NCBI RefSeq assembly: GCF_006345805.1 | Contig: NW_021836152.1 | Span: 186,001-250,000 of the forward strand | Origin: Octopus sinensis | Taxonomy: Eukaryota | Direction: 5' to 3' | Length of the DNA stretch: 64,000 bases | Shown: piece after piece, positions 39,100-53,140 of the stretch | Position numbering within the stretch: the first letter of the stretch is position 1 | Layout of the letters: the number at the start of each line of letters is the position of its first letter | Translations under genes and position numbers: made by a program | The notes under the pieces: generated by a model | Told to the model about the DNA's origin: nothing | Seen by the model: the letters and a program-made list of their open reading frames with translations, nothing else | The model's database searches: none

Positions 39100-42080
39100 A
39101 AATGGTTTTGGGAGGGAGACAGTGAGATTAAGGGAAAGAAAGAGAGTGAGGGAGAGAGAGTAAAAAGAAGGAAAGAATGAAAGAGAGTGAGAGAGAGAGA
39201 GAAAGGAAGAAAGAAAATAGAAAAAAGAAGGAATGAAAGAAAAGAGGAGGGAAAGAATAAAGTAACGTGATTCTGTAATAATGCATGAAGTGAGAGCGAA
39301 AGAAAGAAAGAAAGCGAAGTCATTCCGTAATAAACAAAGAGATGAGAGCGGGGGCGGAGAAAGAAAGAAAGAAAGAAAGGGAGAAAGAAAGGGAGAAAGA
39401 AAAGAAAAGGAATGAAGGAAAGAAAGAAAGAATGAAGGAAAAAAGAAGGAAAAAAGAAAGAAAGAAAGAAAGAAGGAAAATGAAGGAAAGAAGGAGAGAA
39501 AGATAAGAGTAGAGCGAGAGGGAGAGAAAGAGAGAAAAAGGAGAAAAGGAAAGGAAACTAAACAACGACAAAAAAGGAAGGAAGAAGCAAAGGAGAAGGA
39601 AAGACAAGAGCGAGGAAAGAAACAAGAATGAAGGGTAAGAAGAAGGAAATGAAAAAAAGGACAGAAAAACAAAGAAATAACGAAAATGAAAGAATGAAAG
39701 AAAGAAAGAAAAAATTAAAAAAAAAGAATGAGAGACAGGAAGAAAAAAGAAAGAAAGAAGAAAGAAAGGAAAGAAAGAAAGAAAGAAAGAAAGAAAGAAG
39801 GAAGAAGGAAAGTAAAAGGACACAAAGAAAGAAAGTAAAAAGAAAGAAAGAATGGAAGGAAGGAAGGAATCAAGAAAGAAAGAAAGGAAGAAGGAAGGAA
39901 AGAAAGAAAGAGGGAAAGAAAGAAAGAAACAAAGAAACAAAGAAAGAAAGAAAGAAGGAGAGAATGAGAGAGATGAAGGAAGAAAGAAAGAAAGGCAGAA
40001 GGGAAAGAAAGAACGAAAAGGGAAAGAAAGGAAAAAGAAAGAAAGAAAAGAGAAAGAAAGAAAGAAAGAAAGAAAGAAAGGAAAGAAAGAAAGAAAGAAG
40101 GAAAGGAAATTGTAAGAAAGAAAACAAAAAGAGAGAAAGAAAGAAAGAAAGCAAAATGAAAGAAAAGAAGAGTAAAGAAAGAAAGAAAAAAGAAATAAAG
40201 AAATAAAAAAGAAAGGAAAGGAAGAAAGAAACAAAGAAAGAAAGAAAAAAAAGAAGAAAAAGAAAAAAAATAAAAAGAAACAAAAAAGAAAGACAAAGAA
40301 AGTAAAGCGAAACAAAAAGAAAGGAAGAATGAGAGAGAGATAGAAGCAATGAGATTAAGGGAAAGAAAGAGAGTGAGAGAGAGAGAGTAAAAAGAAGGAA
40401 AGAATGAAAGAATGAGAGAGAGAGGGAGGAAGAAAAAAAAGAGAAAAAGGAGGAATGATAGAAGAGAGGCGGGAAGGAAAAAAGTAACGTGATTCTGTAA
40501 GAGTACATGAAATGAGAGCGGAAGAAAGAAAGGAAGAAAGAAAGGAATTAAGAAAGAAAGTAAGAAAGGGAGAAAGAAAGGAACAAGAAAAGAAAAAGAA
40601 AGATGGAAAGGTTGAAAGAAAAGAAAGATAGAAAGGGAAAAGAAGGAAATATAGAAAGAATGAAACAAAAATAGAAAGGAGGAAAGTGGAAAGAAAGAAA
40701 GAAAGAAAGGAAGGAAGAATAGAAGGAAAGATAAAAGGAAAAAGAAGGAAAGATAGAAAGAATGAAGGGAGGAAAGAAGGAAAAAGAAGGAAAAAAGAAG
40801 GAAAGAAAGAGAGAAAGATAAGATCAGGGCGAGAGGGAGAGAGAGAAAAAGGAGAAAAGGAAAGGAAAGGAAACAACGACGAAAAAAGAAAGGAAGAAAA
40901 AGAATAGAAGCAAAGGAGAAGGAAAGATAAGAGGGAAGAAAGAAAAGAGAAGGATGGGAAAGAAGAAAGAAATGAAAAACTGAAAGAAAAACAAAGAAAT
41001 AACGAAAATGAAAGAAGGAAACAAAGAAAAAAGAGATAAATGAAAGAAGAAAGAAAGAAAGAAAGACAGGAAGGAAGAGGAAAAGAAAGGAAATTGAAAG
41101 AAAGAAAGAAAGAAAGGAAGAGAGGAATAGGAAAGAAAGAAAGGATGATAGAAAGAAAGAAAAAAAAATGAAAAGGAAAGAAAGAAAGGAAAAGGAAAGA
41201 AAAAAAGAAAGGAAGGAAAGAAAGGAAAATGAAAGAAAGAAAACAGAAAGAAAGAAAATAGAAAGAAATTAAGGGGAAACAAAAAAGAAAGAATGAATGA
41301 GAGAGAGAGAGATAGAGAGGAAGGCGACGTAATTCTGTAAAAAAATGCTGAGAAGAAAGAGAGAGAGGGGGAGGAAGGAGGAGGGATTAGAGTAATAAAT
41401 GTTAAGAAGAGAGGAGGAGTATGAGATGAGAGACAAAGAGTAAAAAGGCGGAGCATTAATATATAATAAGGTAATAGAGAGAGGGAAAGGGAGAGAGGGA
41501 GAAAGAGAGAGACAGACAAACAGAGACACGGAGACAGAGAGAGACATAAGAAGCGAGAGGGCGAAAGAGAGAGACTGAAATAGAGAAATCGAGAGAGCAA
41601 AGAGAGAGAGAAAGTCAGACATAGAGAAAGAGAGGGAGATGCAAATAGAGGAGAAAGGGAGGGAAAGAATGAGGTAAGAGAATGAGAGAATATTATATAA
41701 GGAGGTGGAGGGAGAGAGAGAAGGATACATAGGTTTAGAAAGAGAGGGAGAGTGTGACGTGGGGCGGAGCGCAAAAGAGGTAGAGGGAGAGTATGAGATA
41801 AGAGGTGGTAAAGAGGGAGGGAGAGATACAAAATTGAGGGAGGGGGAAGGAAACAGAGATGATGTATGAGATATATGCTTTGTGAGGGAGGGAGAGTAAG
41901 AGTTGAGAGAAAACGAGGGATGAGGGAGGCGGGGTTAAACAATAACATAAATAAGTGACAGAGAGAGGAGTAGAGAAGGAGAGGGAATGATGTGTGTGAT
42001 AAGAGAGGGAGTCTATCATGTATTAGAGAAAGGAAGAGGGGAAGGATGAGGTATTAATACAGAATGAGGAAGGAGAGAGA
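39100..42080. repeat. About 3-kb polypurine (GAAA/GA-rich) low-complexity tract with higher-order repeats
   Basis: Almost only A/G on the + strand; landmark (a/g)acgt(g/a)attctgtaa recurs near 39265, 40487 and 41327. Confidence 0.95.
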
Positions 42081-42689
42081 AGAGTTTCGAAGTGTCCTTC
42101 ATTTTCATATGAAACACAAAACCAAACTTTAACATACTTGGCTGTTATTTCTAGCATCACACTTGATCCTCAATTGGACTATATTTCTCCAGATGCTTCT
42201 TAAAGTGTCCTTCATGATAACAATGTAAAGTATAGCGTAATGGGCTGTTATTTCTAGCAAGATACCAAACCACCAATACGTTTTATAGACGCTTCTTCAC
42301 TTGGTTTCTCCTTCGAGGAAGAAGTCTGACCAGATCCGGGAAAAAGTTTTATAAATGCTTCTTAAACTGTCTTTCAGTTTCGTATGAAAAACAAAGCAAC
42401 TTTGAGTGTAGTGGGCTGTTATTTCTAGCATGATGTCAAACCAGGTGTAGGAGGATTCTTTGAATTGTCCGTCAATGTCTCGGCTATTTAATTTGCTCAA
42501 TTAAGAACTACACAGTAATTATGTAATTAATGGTTAGTTAAATAATTAACTTCTGGTAAAATAATTAGCGAGAGAGAAATTTGAAGGTAAATCTGAAAAT
42601 ATAATTTATTTGTAAGAAAGTAAGGTTTCTTAGGGATAAAAGGAGAGGAAGAGGGAGAGGGTAAGATATAAGGAGGTAGGGAGATAGAG

Positions 42690-43010
42690 AGAGAAAGAAA
42701 GGAAGAAAGAGTGAGAGAGAGAAGGCCTAGGGAAGGGGAGGGATATATTAATGTATGAGGAAGCAGAGAAAGAATGAGAGTGGGAGAGAGAGAGAGACAG
42801 AATGCGTGAGAGAGAGAGAGAGAGAAAGAAAGGAAGAAAGAGTGAGAGAGAGAAACCCTAGGGAAGGGGAGGGATATATTAATGTATGAGGAAGCAGAGA
42901 GTGGGAGTGAGAGTGGGAGAGAGAGAGAGAGACAGAATGCGTGAGAGAGAGAGAGAGAGAGAAAGAAAGGAAGAAAGAGTGAGAGAGAGAAACCCTAGGG
43001 AAGGGGAGAC
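42690..43010. repeat. About 131-137-bp purine-rich tandem repeat, about 2.4 units
   Basis: cctagggaaggggag at 42726, 42857, 42994. Confidence 0.85.
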
Positions 43011-44868
43011 GGAGACGAAGAGAAAGAGACAGACAAAGAGAGAGAGCGCGCTTATTGGACGATATATATTTAGTAATAGGGGAAGGGTATGAGTTAATAA
43101 AGAAAGCAAAATGGGAGGAGTCAGTCTACATTATACAATGTGGTGGGAGGTGTCAACGTTGAAAGGGTAAGAACAATAACTCTTATTGAATTGTATTTTT
43201 TTCTTGCGCAGAATTTCAAGATTTCCAAAAATGATTTAATGTAAATAATAGATCGAAGTGTTTAATATTGCAATTCTTAGCCCTTAATTTCCTCCTCGTA
43301 ATCTTCACACTGCACCCTGCACCTATTGTGGATGCAGCTGCTAGAAATAGCAGCCAAACATCGCATACTAAATGAAACCTCTTATTTCTTTAATTGCTTC
43401 AAAATTTATTTATTAAGTTGAGGAAAAAGTTCGTGCGTTTCGTCTTTATTTTGAAGAATATTTGTTGCTTTTGAATAAATTCTTGCATAAGAAAATCATT
43501 ATTTTAACACGACGCACGGACATTTCCCTCAATCTAATAGTTTCTACTTTATAATTGGCATTTGGTCAGATAACTGCAAAGATTAGCCATTGACTGTCCA
43601 CTACAAAGAGAAGGGAGCAAGAATATGCAAAGGAAGTGCAGTTTAGTGCAGCCGTGCACTGGTTGTCGTCCTATTTTAAGCTGCAAAAATGTGAAAGTAA
43701 ACTTCGAGAAGGAAAGGGATCAGACCGGAAGTGATGAGAATAGAACAAGGAAACAAGTGAATGCCATCTAGCGGAGAAAAATTCAGCTCATAGTGACGAC
43801 ACCTCTACCACCGAAACATCTCGACGAACTGTTTTTACTCATCGCAGGCCGGTCTCGTGGATGTGTCACGGAGCTGTGGCGGGGAAACAGCTACGAGAAC
43901 GGAAATCGACGGAAATTGACGCATCTCGACGGTTATGAAGGAGTTCAGTGTGAAGATATTAAATGCCTTTCGGTTTTGCTTCAGATGTTTCACACCCGAA
44001 TTTCCTGCCTCAGAGCTTCCAGAAAATGGATATTTTAAATTATATTTTCTAAAACTGAGCTTCTGATGCTGTTAATTGCGATTATATCGGAATATTTGAT
44101 GAAAACATTTTTCCTACTTCGATGTGAGGAGTTTTGGAAAATTCACACAAGGCGTCTGGCTTTTTTCATAACTTTCAGAAAAATAGCAAATTTTTAATGG
44201 AATTTTCTATAAATGCCTTTCAGAGTGTGTCGATTACAATTATATCGGAAATGAATAAGAGAAAATTAATTTGGTGGATTATTACACATACATAGTACAA
44301 CAGGTCACATATCGACAAAAGGAAACTTGTAATTTCGAAGAAAAGTGTGATGTGCGTCAGAGTGTGTGTTTGTATGTGTGTGTGTGTGGTGTGTGTGTGT
44401 GTGTGTGTGTGCTCATTTTTTCTTTCCACATTAAATTCCAATATAATCGCATTTTACACACACTGTAACGTATTTGTAGAAAATTACATTAGAAAATAAC
44501 CCATTTTTGTTAAAGTTCTGAGCAAACACAGACAATTCGTGTGAATTTTACGAAACTCATCTTTCCGCCCACAAACAAATTTGTTTCGCTACAAATTCCG
44601 ATATAATCAGAATGATCACCATCTGAAGCGTATTTACAGAAAATTTAACTAAATATTGTCCGTTTGGCGGGGAGTTATGAGGAAACAAATTCGGTGCGTC
44701 GCACACATCTGTGAGAATGGCTGCCTTCCCAAGACGGGTCTTCTGCTGGAAATCGCTGTTCCAATCGGAAAGCTTCTCGGCTGTCCTCTCCCGCATCTGT
44801 GCGTGTCGGTGGGACATTACCGTCAAATCCAAGCACCATCTGAGTCGTCTCTTTTCCTCACTAACATT

Positions 44869-44900
<32 letters not shown>

Positions 44901-45339
44901 TTTCTTTCTTTCTCTAATGCTTTCTTTCTTTCTCTCTGTCTCGCTCTCTCTTTCTCTCTGAGTGTTATGTTGCAGCCCTACCCAACCATCAGAATCATCC
45001 TCACCTGACCTAAGACCGACAATGACAGAGAAAGTAGCTGTCCATCTGCAGCTGACATCTACCCTAAGCCTCGACTCCTTCAAGCATCAACGGCATAAAA
45101 TGTGTAAGAAGCCGTTTCCCATTGTTAACAGCGTGTAGGTCGATGGCAGAATTATCTGGTCGGTGGTGGAAGATTGAGACAGATGCACAGATATCTCGAC
45201 GAAATCCAGCTGCGGGTAAGTGGCATCTGTCTTTACGATCAACCATGTGTTTCATTTTTCTTAAATGAAAGCTTGAATCTTTTATTTAAATAAGAAATTT
45301 CAGTGTTTTCCCTTTTGTACAGACATATTACGTTTATTA

Positions 45340-46150
45340 AGTTGTCCAAAAACGTCTGACAAATAGAATAATTTGTATAACGAATCTTCATTGTGGAACA
45401 AATCTGAATTTAATCCCAGTATGAATATTATGTCTTCATTTTCTTAAAGTTCTAACAATTGTTTCAAAGCTTCTCCATTTCAGATTCCTCACACTTCTGT
45501 TCTTAGTAAAACTTTGCTGAAATTGGATGCCATTTTCTCACAGAAGAGGAAACTATTGAGATCAAGAATTTTAATAACGTTAATAATTTTAACCGCTTCT
45601 TGTAATATTGCAAAAGTATCTGGAAATATTTTCTGAGAAACCAACACCTCTCAGTGAAGATTGCAATAAGTGACAGAAATAGGGTTTTTATCTTACAAAT
45701 TTAACTTGAACCCCAATTTCCCTCCTTATCATAGCTTCTGCATCTTTATTACATACTACATTACATTTATACCATCCAAGGCCTAGTTCTGAGAAACTAT
45801 CGTCTACTTTTAGCTACAAAGTCTCCATCTAACGAACCAATCTTCCTGGCCCCTATTCTATATTACTATAGTTTGTAATCTTACTTGCTTCATCTAATTG
45901 AATTGCATGTTTAGAGACGTTATTTAAAAACCTTCGCATAATTTACTCCAATTAATCATTATTCATTTCTGAAATATAAATACCAACATTATCATTTCGC
46001 AGACTAACTTGCTTCATCTGCATGTTATTTCAATGAATAATTCTTGATGTTTTCATTGCTGCTGCTAATACAAGTTCTTCGCCGATGTTGTTTGGGGTTT
46101 CTTTTATCTCTTGCAATTAAATAAACAGCTTCAAAAGATGCCCTTCTACT
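45340..46150 (-). pseudogene. Highly degenerate hAT (Buster/Charlie-like) transposase remnant
   Basis: ASFEAVYLIARDKRNPNNIGEELVLAAA, AIQLDEAS, YCNLH*EVL, VKIINVIK, LLRTEV* resemble conserved Buster blocks; many stops. Confidence 0.65.
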
Positions 46151-46749
46151 ATAACCTCTGCCCCATCAGAATATCGTGAGTGTATTTGGTAGATGGAAAC
46201 GGAAAAAAGCCCGTCGTATACATATATACATACATACTTATGTGTTTGTGCTTGTATGTTTGTGCGCGTGTCTTTGTGTTTGCGTTCGAGAAGCCACCCC
46301 GCTTGACAACCAGTGTTTCTTTGTTTACGTCCTTGTGGTATAGCCGTTTGGCAAAAGACACCGTTACTAGAAGTAGTATGCATAATTATAAAAGAAAAAT
46401 CTAGAGGGGTAATTCATGCGATTAAAATTCATCAAAACGGTGCCCCAGCATGGCCGCAGTCGAATTACTGAAACCAGTAAAAAATATAAGATTTAAATAA
46501 AACAATAGTTTCCTCTTCCCTAAACTTATTTGCCTTTTATAATCAGTTCGATCTCTTATTTCCATTCAATCATATTTGGCAGTTTTCTGAAGTCTTCGCA
46601 GAGACACAGATTCGATTTAACCCAACCGAAAGTAATTCAGTTGAAAAGAAGAACGGGGTGTAAGAAGAGGAATTATCTTTGCCCCGTCTGGGATAATCTC
46701 TTGCCTCTCATCCTTGTCTTTATTCCATTATCACGTCTTTCAATCTCGT

Positions 46750-47470
46750 TCATTCCTTTTTTCCTTCCTTCCTTATTTCCTTCCTTCTTTCATTCATTCA
46801 TTCTTTTTTTCTGTTTTCTTCCTTCTTTCTTCTTTCTTCTTCTTTCTTCTTTTTCTTTCTTTCTTCTTTCTTTCTTTCGTTCTTTCTTTCTTCTTTCCTT
46901 TCTTTCTTTCTTCTTTCTTCTTCTTTCTTTCTTTTTCTTTATTTTTCCCTTCTTCTTTTGTTCTTTCTTCCTTCTTTCTCTCTTTCTGTCAGTTTTTCTT
47001 TATTTCCTTCTTTACGTTCTCCCTTCCTCCTTTCTTTCTCTTCTTTCTTCTTTTCTTTCTTTTTTCTCGCTTTCTTTCTTTCCTTCTATACTTTTTCCTT
47101 CCTTCTTTCTTCCTTTCTTTTTTCTCTCTTTCTCTCTTTCATTCTCTGTCTCATTTGTTATCAATCTTATTTTCTCCTGCGTAAAATAACTTCGCCGTTT
47201 GTTTATTCTTCCTTCCTTTTTTCCACTCTTTCTTTATTTCCTTCTTTCTTTCTCTTCTTTCCTTGTTTTATTTCCTTCCTCATTTCCTCCTTCCTTTCTT
47301 TTCTTCTTTCTACTATTCTTTCCTCTTTCTTTCTTTCTTCCTTTGTTTCTGTGTTTTTCTTTCTTTCTTTCACTCTTTTAGTTTTCCTTTTCGTACTCTT
47401 TTTTCTCTACCTTTCTATCTCTCTTTCTCTTTCTTTCTCTCTCTCTCTCTTTTCTTTCCTCGTAAGTCGC
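46750..47470. repeat. Polypyrimidine (TTTC-rich) tract
   Basis: Direct inspection. Confidence 0.95.
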
Positions 47471-47974
47471 GGTTTTCTCTTTTCGACGAGCGTCATTTGG
47501 GAAACATGACAACAAAGCTATAAGACGGACACACCGAACAAAGCTAGCAGTCAGAAACTCACTGGAGAAAGGCGGTGAAACGGCCCTAGTTTCGGTTCGA
47601 CTTCCAGGGAGACTTAGACAGATAGACACACATGTTGACGTCATGAAACGAGAGGATGTATATTTTGGTGGTGGGATCCATCTTTGCCGGCACCGTTCAG
47701 TTTTGATCATTTGCCGAGTGATTCGTGTCGCCGATGTCGTCGGATACTTCTAAGTTCTTTACACCGAGCTACACTACACCTCGGATGCTGGTTCATGTCT
47801 TTCGAAAGACACAGCGCATTGTAGTAGCTGTTCTCTTAAGCAAGTCTCTCTGAACAATATCACTAATCGTAAACTAACGATGGTTTTCACCTCGTCCAAT
47901 GAAAGGGTACCCGCAAGATTGTTTGTTTTTTATATCATCGGACAGCGATGGTAAGCGGAATGACAGCAGATCAC

Positions 47975-48950
47975 CGCTTAAGTGGATCCTTTTTCTAACG
48001 TCTGGATACCATTTCCAACGTCAGTCAGTTTATAGAGTGTTCTGATTGTGTTGATGTGGCACCAGTGAGGCTGAATGTTACATTGCACCAGCCTCCACGA
48101 GCGCACAAGATTAGGTACGCTCAGCTTAAAAGAGATGCAGGGGACATGCCTATATGCAAGATCAACCACGATTTTACTTCGCCTGACGTCTTTTCTCAAG
48201 CATAGCAAACCGTCCTGTGTCTCGGTCCTTGTCATCCCTTCTGTGAGACCCAACGTCTGAAGATCCTTTCTCCCCATTTCGTCCCACGTTTTCTTGGGCC
48301 TACTCCTTCCGCAGTGTTTCCTTCACAATTAGAGATCAGCACCTCTTGATGAGAGAGTTTTCATTCATACTCATTACATGATCATACCAGCGCAGTCTTC
48401 TCTCTTGCACACTACATCTAATGCCTCGTATACACAGTCCTTCTCTCAAATCACTTACAAACTGTTGTATACGCTCACTGATATTACTCATCCAGCGGAG
48501 CATACTGGCTTTATTTGTTTCAAGCCTTCGCATATCTTCACTAGTCACAGCCAATGTTTCACAATCATGTAGCGCAGCTGTTCGTACATAGGCATCATAC
48601 AATCTGCATTTCACTCAGAGGGAGTGACCTATCGTCACTAACAGATGTAGTAGCTCTCAGAACTTTGCCCAGCCTATTCTTATTCAAGCAGTTATGCCTT
48701 TGGAACAACCTCACTCCACAACAGTTAACTTGGCCACCTAAGCAAACAGTCTGCTACTTCTAAGGGTCCTCCTGACTTTTGAGGGAGTCTATTTTTTGTA
48801 CGTTCCTAGTGTTTAAAGAACCTGGACATCTGCTACACGTAAAGACTACATTCTCATCTTAGGCTTCCAATGATACAAATAGATGTTGAACAAATACAGC
48901 CCCAAGGTAGTCAGGACCGGCTTTAATTTCCTTGATTCCCTGATGAACTC
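47975..48950 (-). mobile_element. Degenerate RTE-type LINE 3' fragment
   Basis: KCRLYDAYVRTAALHDCETLAV..MLRWM..RRLRWYDHV..PKKTWDE..KDLQTLGLT. Confidence 0.8.
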
Positions 48951-49477
48951 AGTGTACAGGGAAACCGGTGCACCCCCACCCCACCCCAGCTCAGCATAAC
49001 TCCCTTATATAGAAACATGTTTCTATAATTTTTATTCAGCAAAATGTTGGAGAGTCATTCAAACACAATGTCATACCAACTTGAAAGATGGAATTTTCCT
49101 ATATTACTCAAACAATTCTCTTCCATCACCATCATCATAGTCGTGAACATCATCCTAGGAATGTTCAGCTTCTCTCTTTCAGGCTGGTGTAGGTGGGATG
49201 TTACGGACAGTAGGTCAGAGAGCTCTGTCCAACCAATCCCTCTGTTCCTGCCTTGCTTGAAACTGAGCCTCAGTAGTATTTCTCCTTGGCATAAAACAAA
49301 AGCTGCATCTCATCTACGCTAATTCTCTGAATGAAGTTTAATATTTTGAAATGTATCGGAGCACTGACCCTTTTCAACCAATTTGAAGCGATTCAGTTTT
49401 GTGAAAAAGGGGATTTCAGCTATAGGGCATAGAATTGGTTTCGAAACAGTAAATGTTGACCTTAAGAAGATTACTAA

Positions 49478-49865
49478 CCCATGGTTGTGTGGTTCCAAAG
49501 CTTTCTTCCTAAGTATGTGATCGCGAGTTCAGTCCCACTCCACGGTAACTTGGGCTATTATCTTCTCCTTTAGGCCAAAGGTTAACCAAAGGATTTGTAT
49601 GTGGATTTAGTAACCGGAAACTGAAAGAAGCTCATCATGTGTGTACTTGATATCATGTGATGACTAAAAACGGCCTTACCATCAATACAAGTGATGTCGA
49701 TCATTTCCAATCTTCCTTCAGAAACATGTCCGGCCGTCGGAAAATATTGCTGTGCTTGGGAACAGGTCAGAGTTGGAACCAGCAATTGAGTCCATCTATA
49801 GAAAATCTGCCTCAATAAATTCTGTCTGACCCATGCGAGCATGGAAAAGTAGACGTTAGGTGATG
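49478..49865 (+). mobile_element. Two adjacent degenerate SINE-like repeats
   Basis: B-box-like gagttcagtcccact plus ggaaactgaaagaagc tail (also at about 46190); second unit ends gcatggaaaagtagacgttaggtgatga; family recognition from memory. Confidence 0.5.
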
Positions 49866-51115
49866 ACAAAGAGAATGGCATGGGCGATGTGTGTACTTGT
49901 ACATATGTATATATGTATGTACACACACACGCACACACACACACACGAGCGCGCGCGCACTTTTTAATCGAGACCCATTATGATCGGTGGGAACGTCTGA
50001 GATTCTAAGTTGGGTTTCTCTAATAGCCTGACCATCGTTTCTTACACAAACGAATCTAATTTAATCCTCTTTAGAACAACCATTGTGTATATATGTGTCG
50101 GTGTGTGTCTGTATGCCTGTGTATGTATGTTTGCGGATGCGTGTGTGTGTTTGTGTGCGTGCATCCGTAACTGAACTTAATGTTGTTGTAACCATATTTC
50201 AGACAGGTGGCCAATACAATGCCTGATTCCATGCAGTCTCTACAAATTCTACCCACACAGCTTATATCGATCTTGTCGAAATCTACAATGAAGATCTGTG
50301 GTAGTCCTTACCAAGTTCTTCTGTGTTGCCACTGAACATTTAGAACGGCTGCTCTTCATCGAAATTACAACAAAATATCTGGAACAGATTCTCTCTGTGA
50401 CAGGCTGAAATAGTATCAAAGATTTGTAAACTAGACCTATCAAACCCCATTAATATCAAAACAGTTTTTAAAAATAAGAAAATCAGGAAAACATCTTTTT
50501 GTTGAATAATATATTATTTATTTACATTGAGATGAATCACACAGCTCTATAACGTATGATGTAATATATATTTTAGAATATGTTCTGCCGTAGCTTTACA
50601 ATGTAATATATATTTCGAGCATTGGTTTATGAATATAATTTTGTGATGAATTCAAACAAACTTTCTAAGATTAAGCATTATCTTTAAATTAGGGTTAAAT
50701 ATATAAAATATATTCAAGTAAAGAAAAAAAAACATTTGAAATATTTGCTGAGTGGAAAGACGACATGGTGAGACAAGATAAGAATTTAAATGGAGATTTT
50801 GTGTTTCTTTTATAAGATTGTTAACATGTAAGAGTAACAATTTGAATCAGATAATGTCGTCATTGTGTGTGTGTGTGTGGATGGGGGGTGAAACGCTATT
50901 CCAGTGGAATACATACACTGTTTCTAGTTCATTAATATTTTATTATCAATTAACTAATTAGAAATCATTATGGTAACTATCTTTGTTCAAGGATCCAGGC
51001 TAAAACCTACGTATTTTGTGTGACTATTCCAGAAGCGTCCCATCGAATAAAGAAATATAGTCAAAAGGCTGCTAATGCCAATTGCTCGTAACATATATCG
51101 ATTCAATATAGGGCC

Positions 51116-53087
51116 TTATCTCTCATAATAAAATAATCCATCAAAACGGTTGTCCAAATTTCCGTAAATCATGATGAAATAATCCGAAACATGTATGGCC
51201 TTGATGTGACAGACTTCAATTTCCTGAGAGCTGAGAAAGATTTCGCATTTGCTGTCTACAGATACTTGGTGGATATTGTTATTAAAATCTGATATGTAAA
51301 TATTTTCGCCGTGGATGGTCAAGGATTTGTTGAAAATGTTTGGAAATGGTTCCTCACCTTGAATCATTAGTTGTTGACTTCTAACCCAATTGTCTCTGTA
51401 CCAACATACATCGTAATGATCTTCCTTGTACTTAAGAACGACAATGTCTTCATTCGATGTCACACCCATTGCTACAACCTTCCCCTCCTTCCCTAAATTC
51501 ACTTGGCCCTTATACTCGTACATTTCACGGCCAATGTGAAGTATGTCTGCGTATGTCACATATGGAATATTACTACATTCATTTGGAGCGTCTTCAAACA
51601 CACATACCAGATTATTGCCGTTCTTTTTGTACATTAAATTGTATGGTTTTTCAGTTGTGATCCTTTTTAAAAGACACAAATCTGTATCGAAGAAAATCAG
51701 TTGTTTATCGTCACGAAAGAGGACTACAAATGATTCATCGGTCCATTGACATATATCTTGAGCTTCTTTTTCAAATGTTTGACTGTAAAGCAGATGACCG
51801 TCTCCACTGGTGACCATGAGAGTACATTTATGGAGGAGCACGACGATACTATTGTCTTGTAACATAATTAGCTTAAAAGCATTAAGAAAACAAAACATCG
51901 AATTTGAATCTAGTAAACCAGATAGAGAAAATGAAAGCGGGAACATTGCTGTTCTATGTGGCAGTCTTCTCACTGATATTTCATCAATTCCTAACATACT
52001 TTCCGCTATGTAATTACCACGTCTTACTTCTATTTCCCTTGATGTACTTCTTCTTTCTCCTCCATCGCCACCGTTTTTAAGTTTGTTAAATAATTCATTA
52101 CTGAACATTCCCTTCTTCTTCTGAGATGTAATGGAAGGGAAGTGAAGGCCAAAATCAAGATTTGATAACGACATAGATTCCAGAACCTTCAGTTGGTCCC
52201 CATCAATTTTTATAGTATCACATTCAATCATGTTGATATGTACACACCAGTAAATATTTCCCACTTTTCTCCATATTATACCATAAGGTACTCGACTTTC
52301 CCAAACTTTATATTTCTCCAAGTTTTGTGACTTCAGTTGAAATATTTCTTGTCTGTTAGGGAGTGTAACCAAGATATTTCTTTCTCCTGTAAAACATACA
52401 CCACCAACAAAACTTTCAAAATCTCTGTAACATAGCAACTTCCCGTCATCATCAAATAGTTTAACATTTCCACTATTGGCCATTTCGCACACAACTGTCT
52501 TTCCTTCATCAGAGATATCGATATCTTTTACTTGGACAGGACAATTGTTTGTTTGTAACCGTGAAACGGGGAATTTTTGCCGATTAATCTTGTACAAACC
52601 TTCAATATATAAGTACGAGTCATAGTTTGCAACAATTCTCGGACCTTTACAGTTAATACTGTTGAAATCCAATGGACGTTTATAATGTCTTTCATTTAAG
52701 AATATTCTCTTGTATTCACCGTTCTGCAACAATGAGACAATACGATACTTTTTCGTGTTTTCATAGATGTTCTTCCGTCCAGTAATGTACAAATAAGTAT
52801 CATCGGTTGCCATAGAAATGGGTCGGGAATAAATACTGTGCTTAAATGAATATAAATATTGCCCGTTCGGGTTCAGAATAGTGATGAGCCTCTCGGTATT
52901 GACGATGATGTTGTCATTAGCAATAACTGAGATATGGGTGATATTATATCTGTAGCACATCCAAAATAAGTCTATTTCTCTCATAATACGGACAGCTGAC
53001 TGTATTTCATCGATATATATATAAAACAGGCCGTTTTCAATTTCGGGTATGCGGGTACCACCACCAACATTACTGCTACTGCTGCTG

Positions 53088-53140
<53 letters not shown>

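Noticed and set aside
46117-46383. ORF with SDGAEV resembling a PLE RT motif
   Set aside because: Region is a patchwork of SINE tails and the hAT remnant read in another frame
39100-47520. Long K/E/R- and F/L/S-rich ORFs
   Set aside because: Artefacts of stop-poor purine/pyrimidine tracts
48935-48975. CTGATGA...GAAACCGGT hammerhead-like string (also CTGATGA on the minus strand near 52510 and 61070)
   Set aside because: No stem I or II pairing, and a non-cleavable NUG triplet or no GAAA; chance matches
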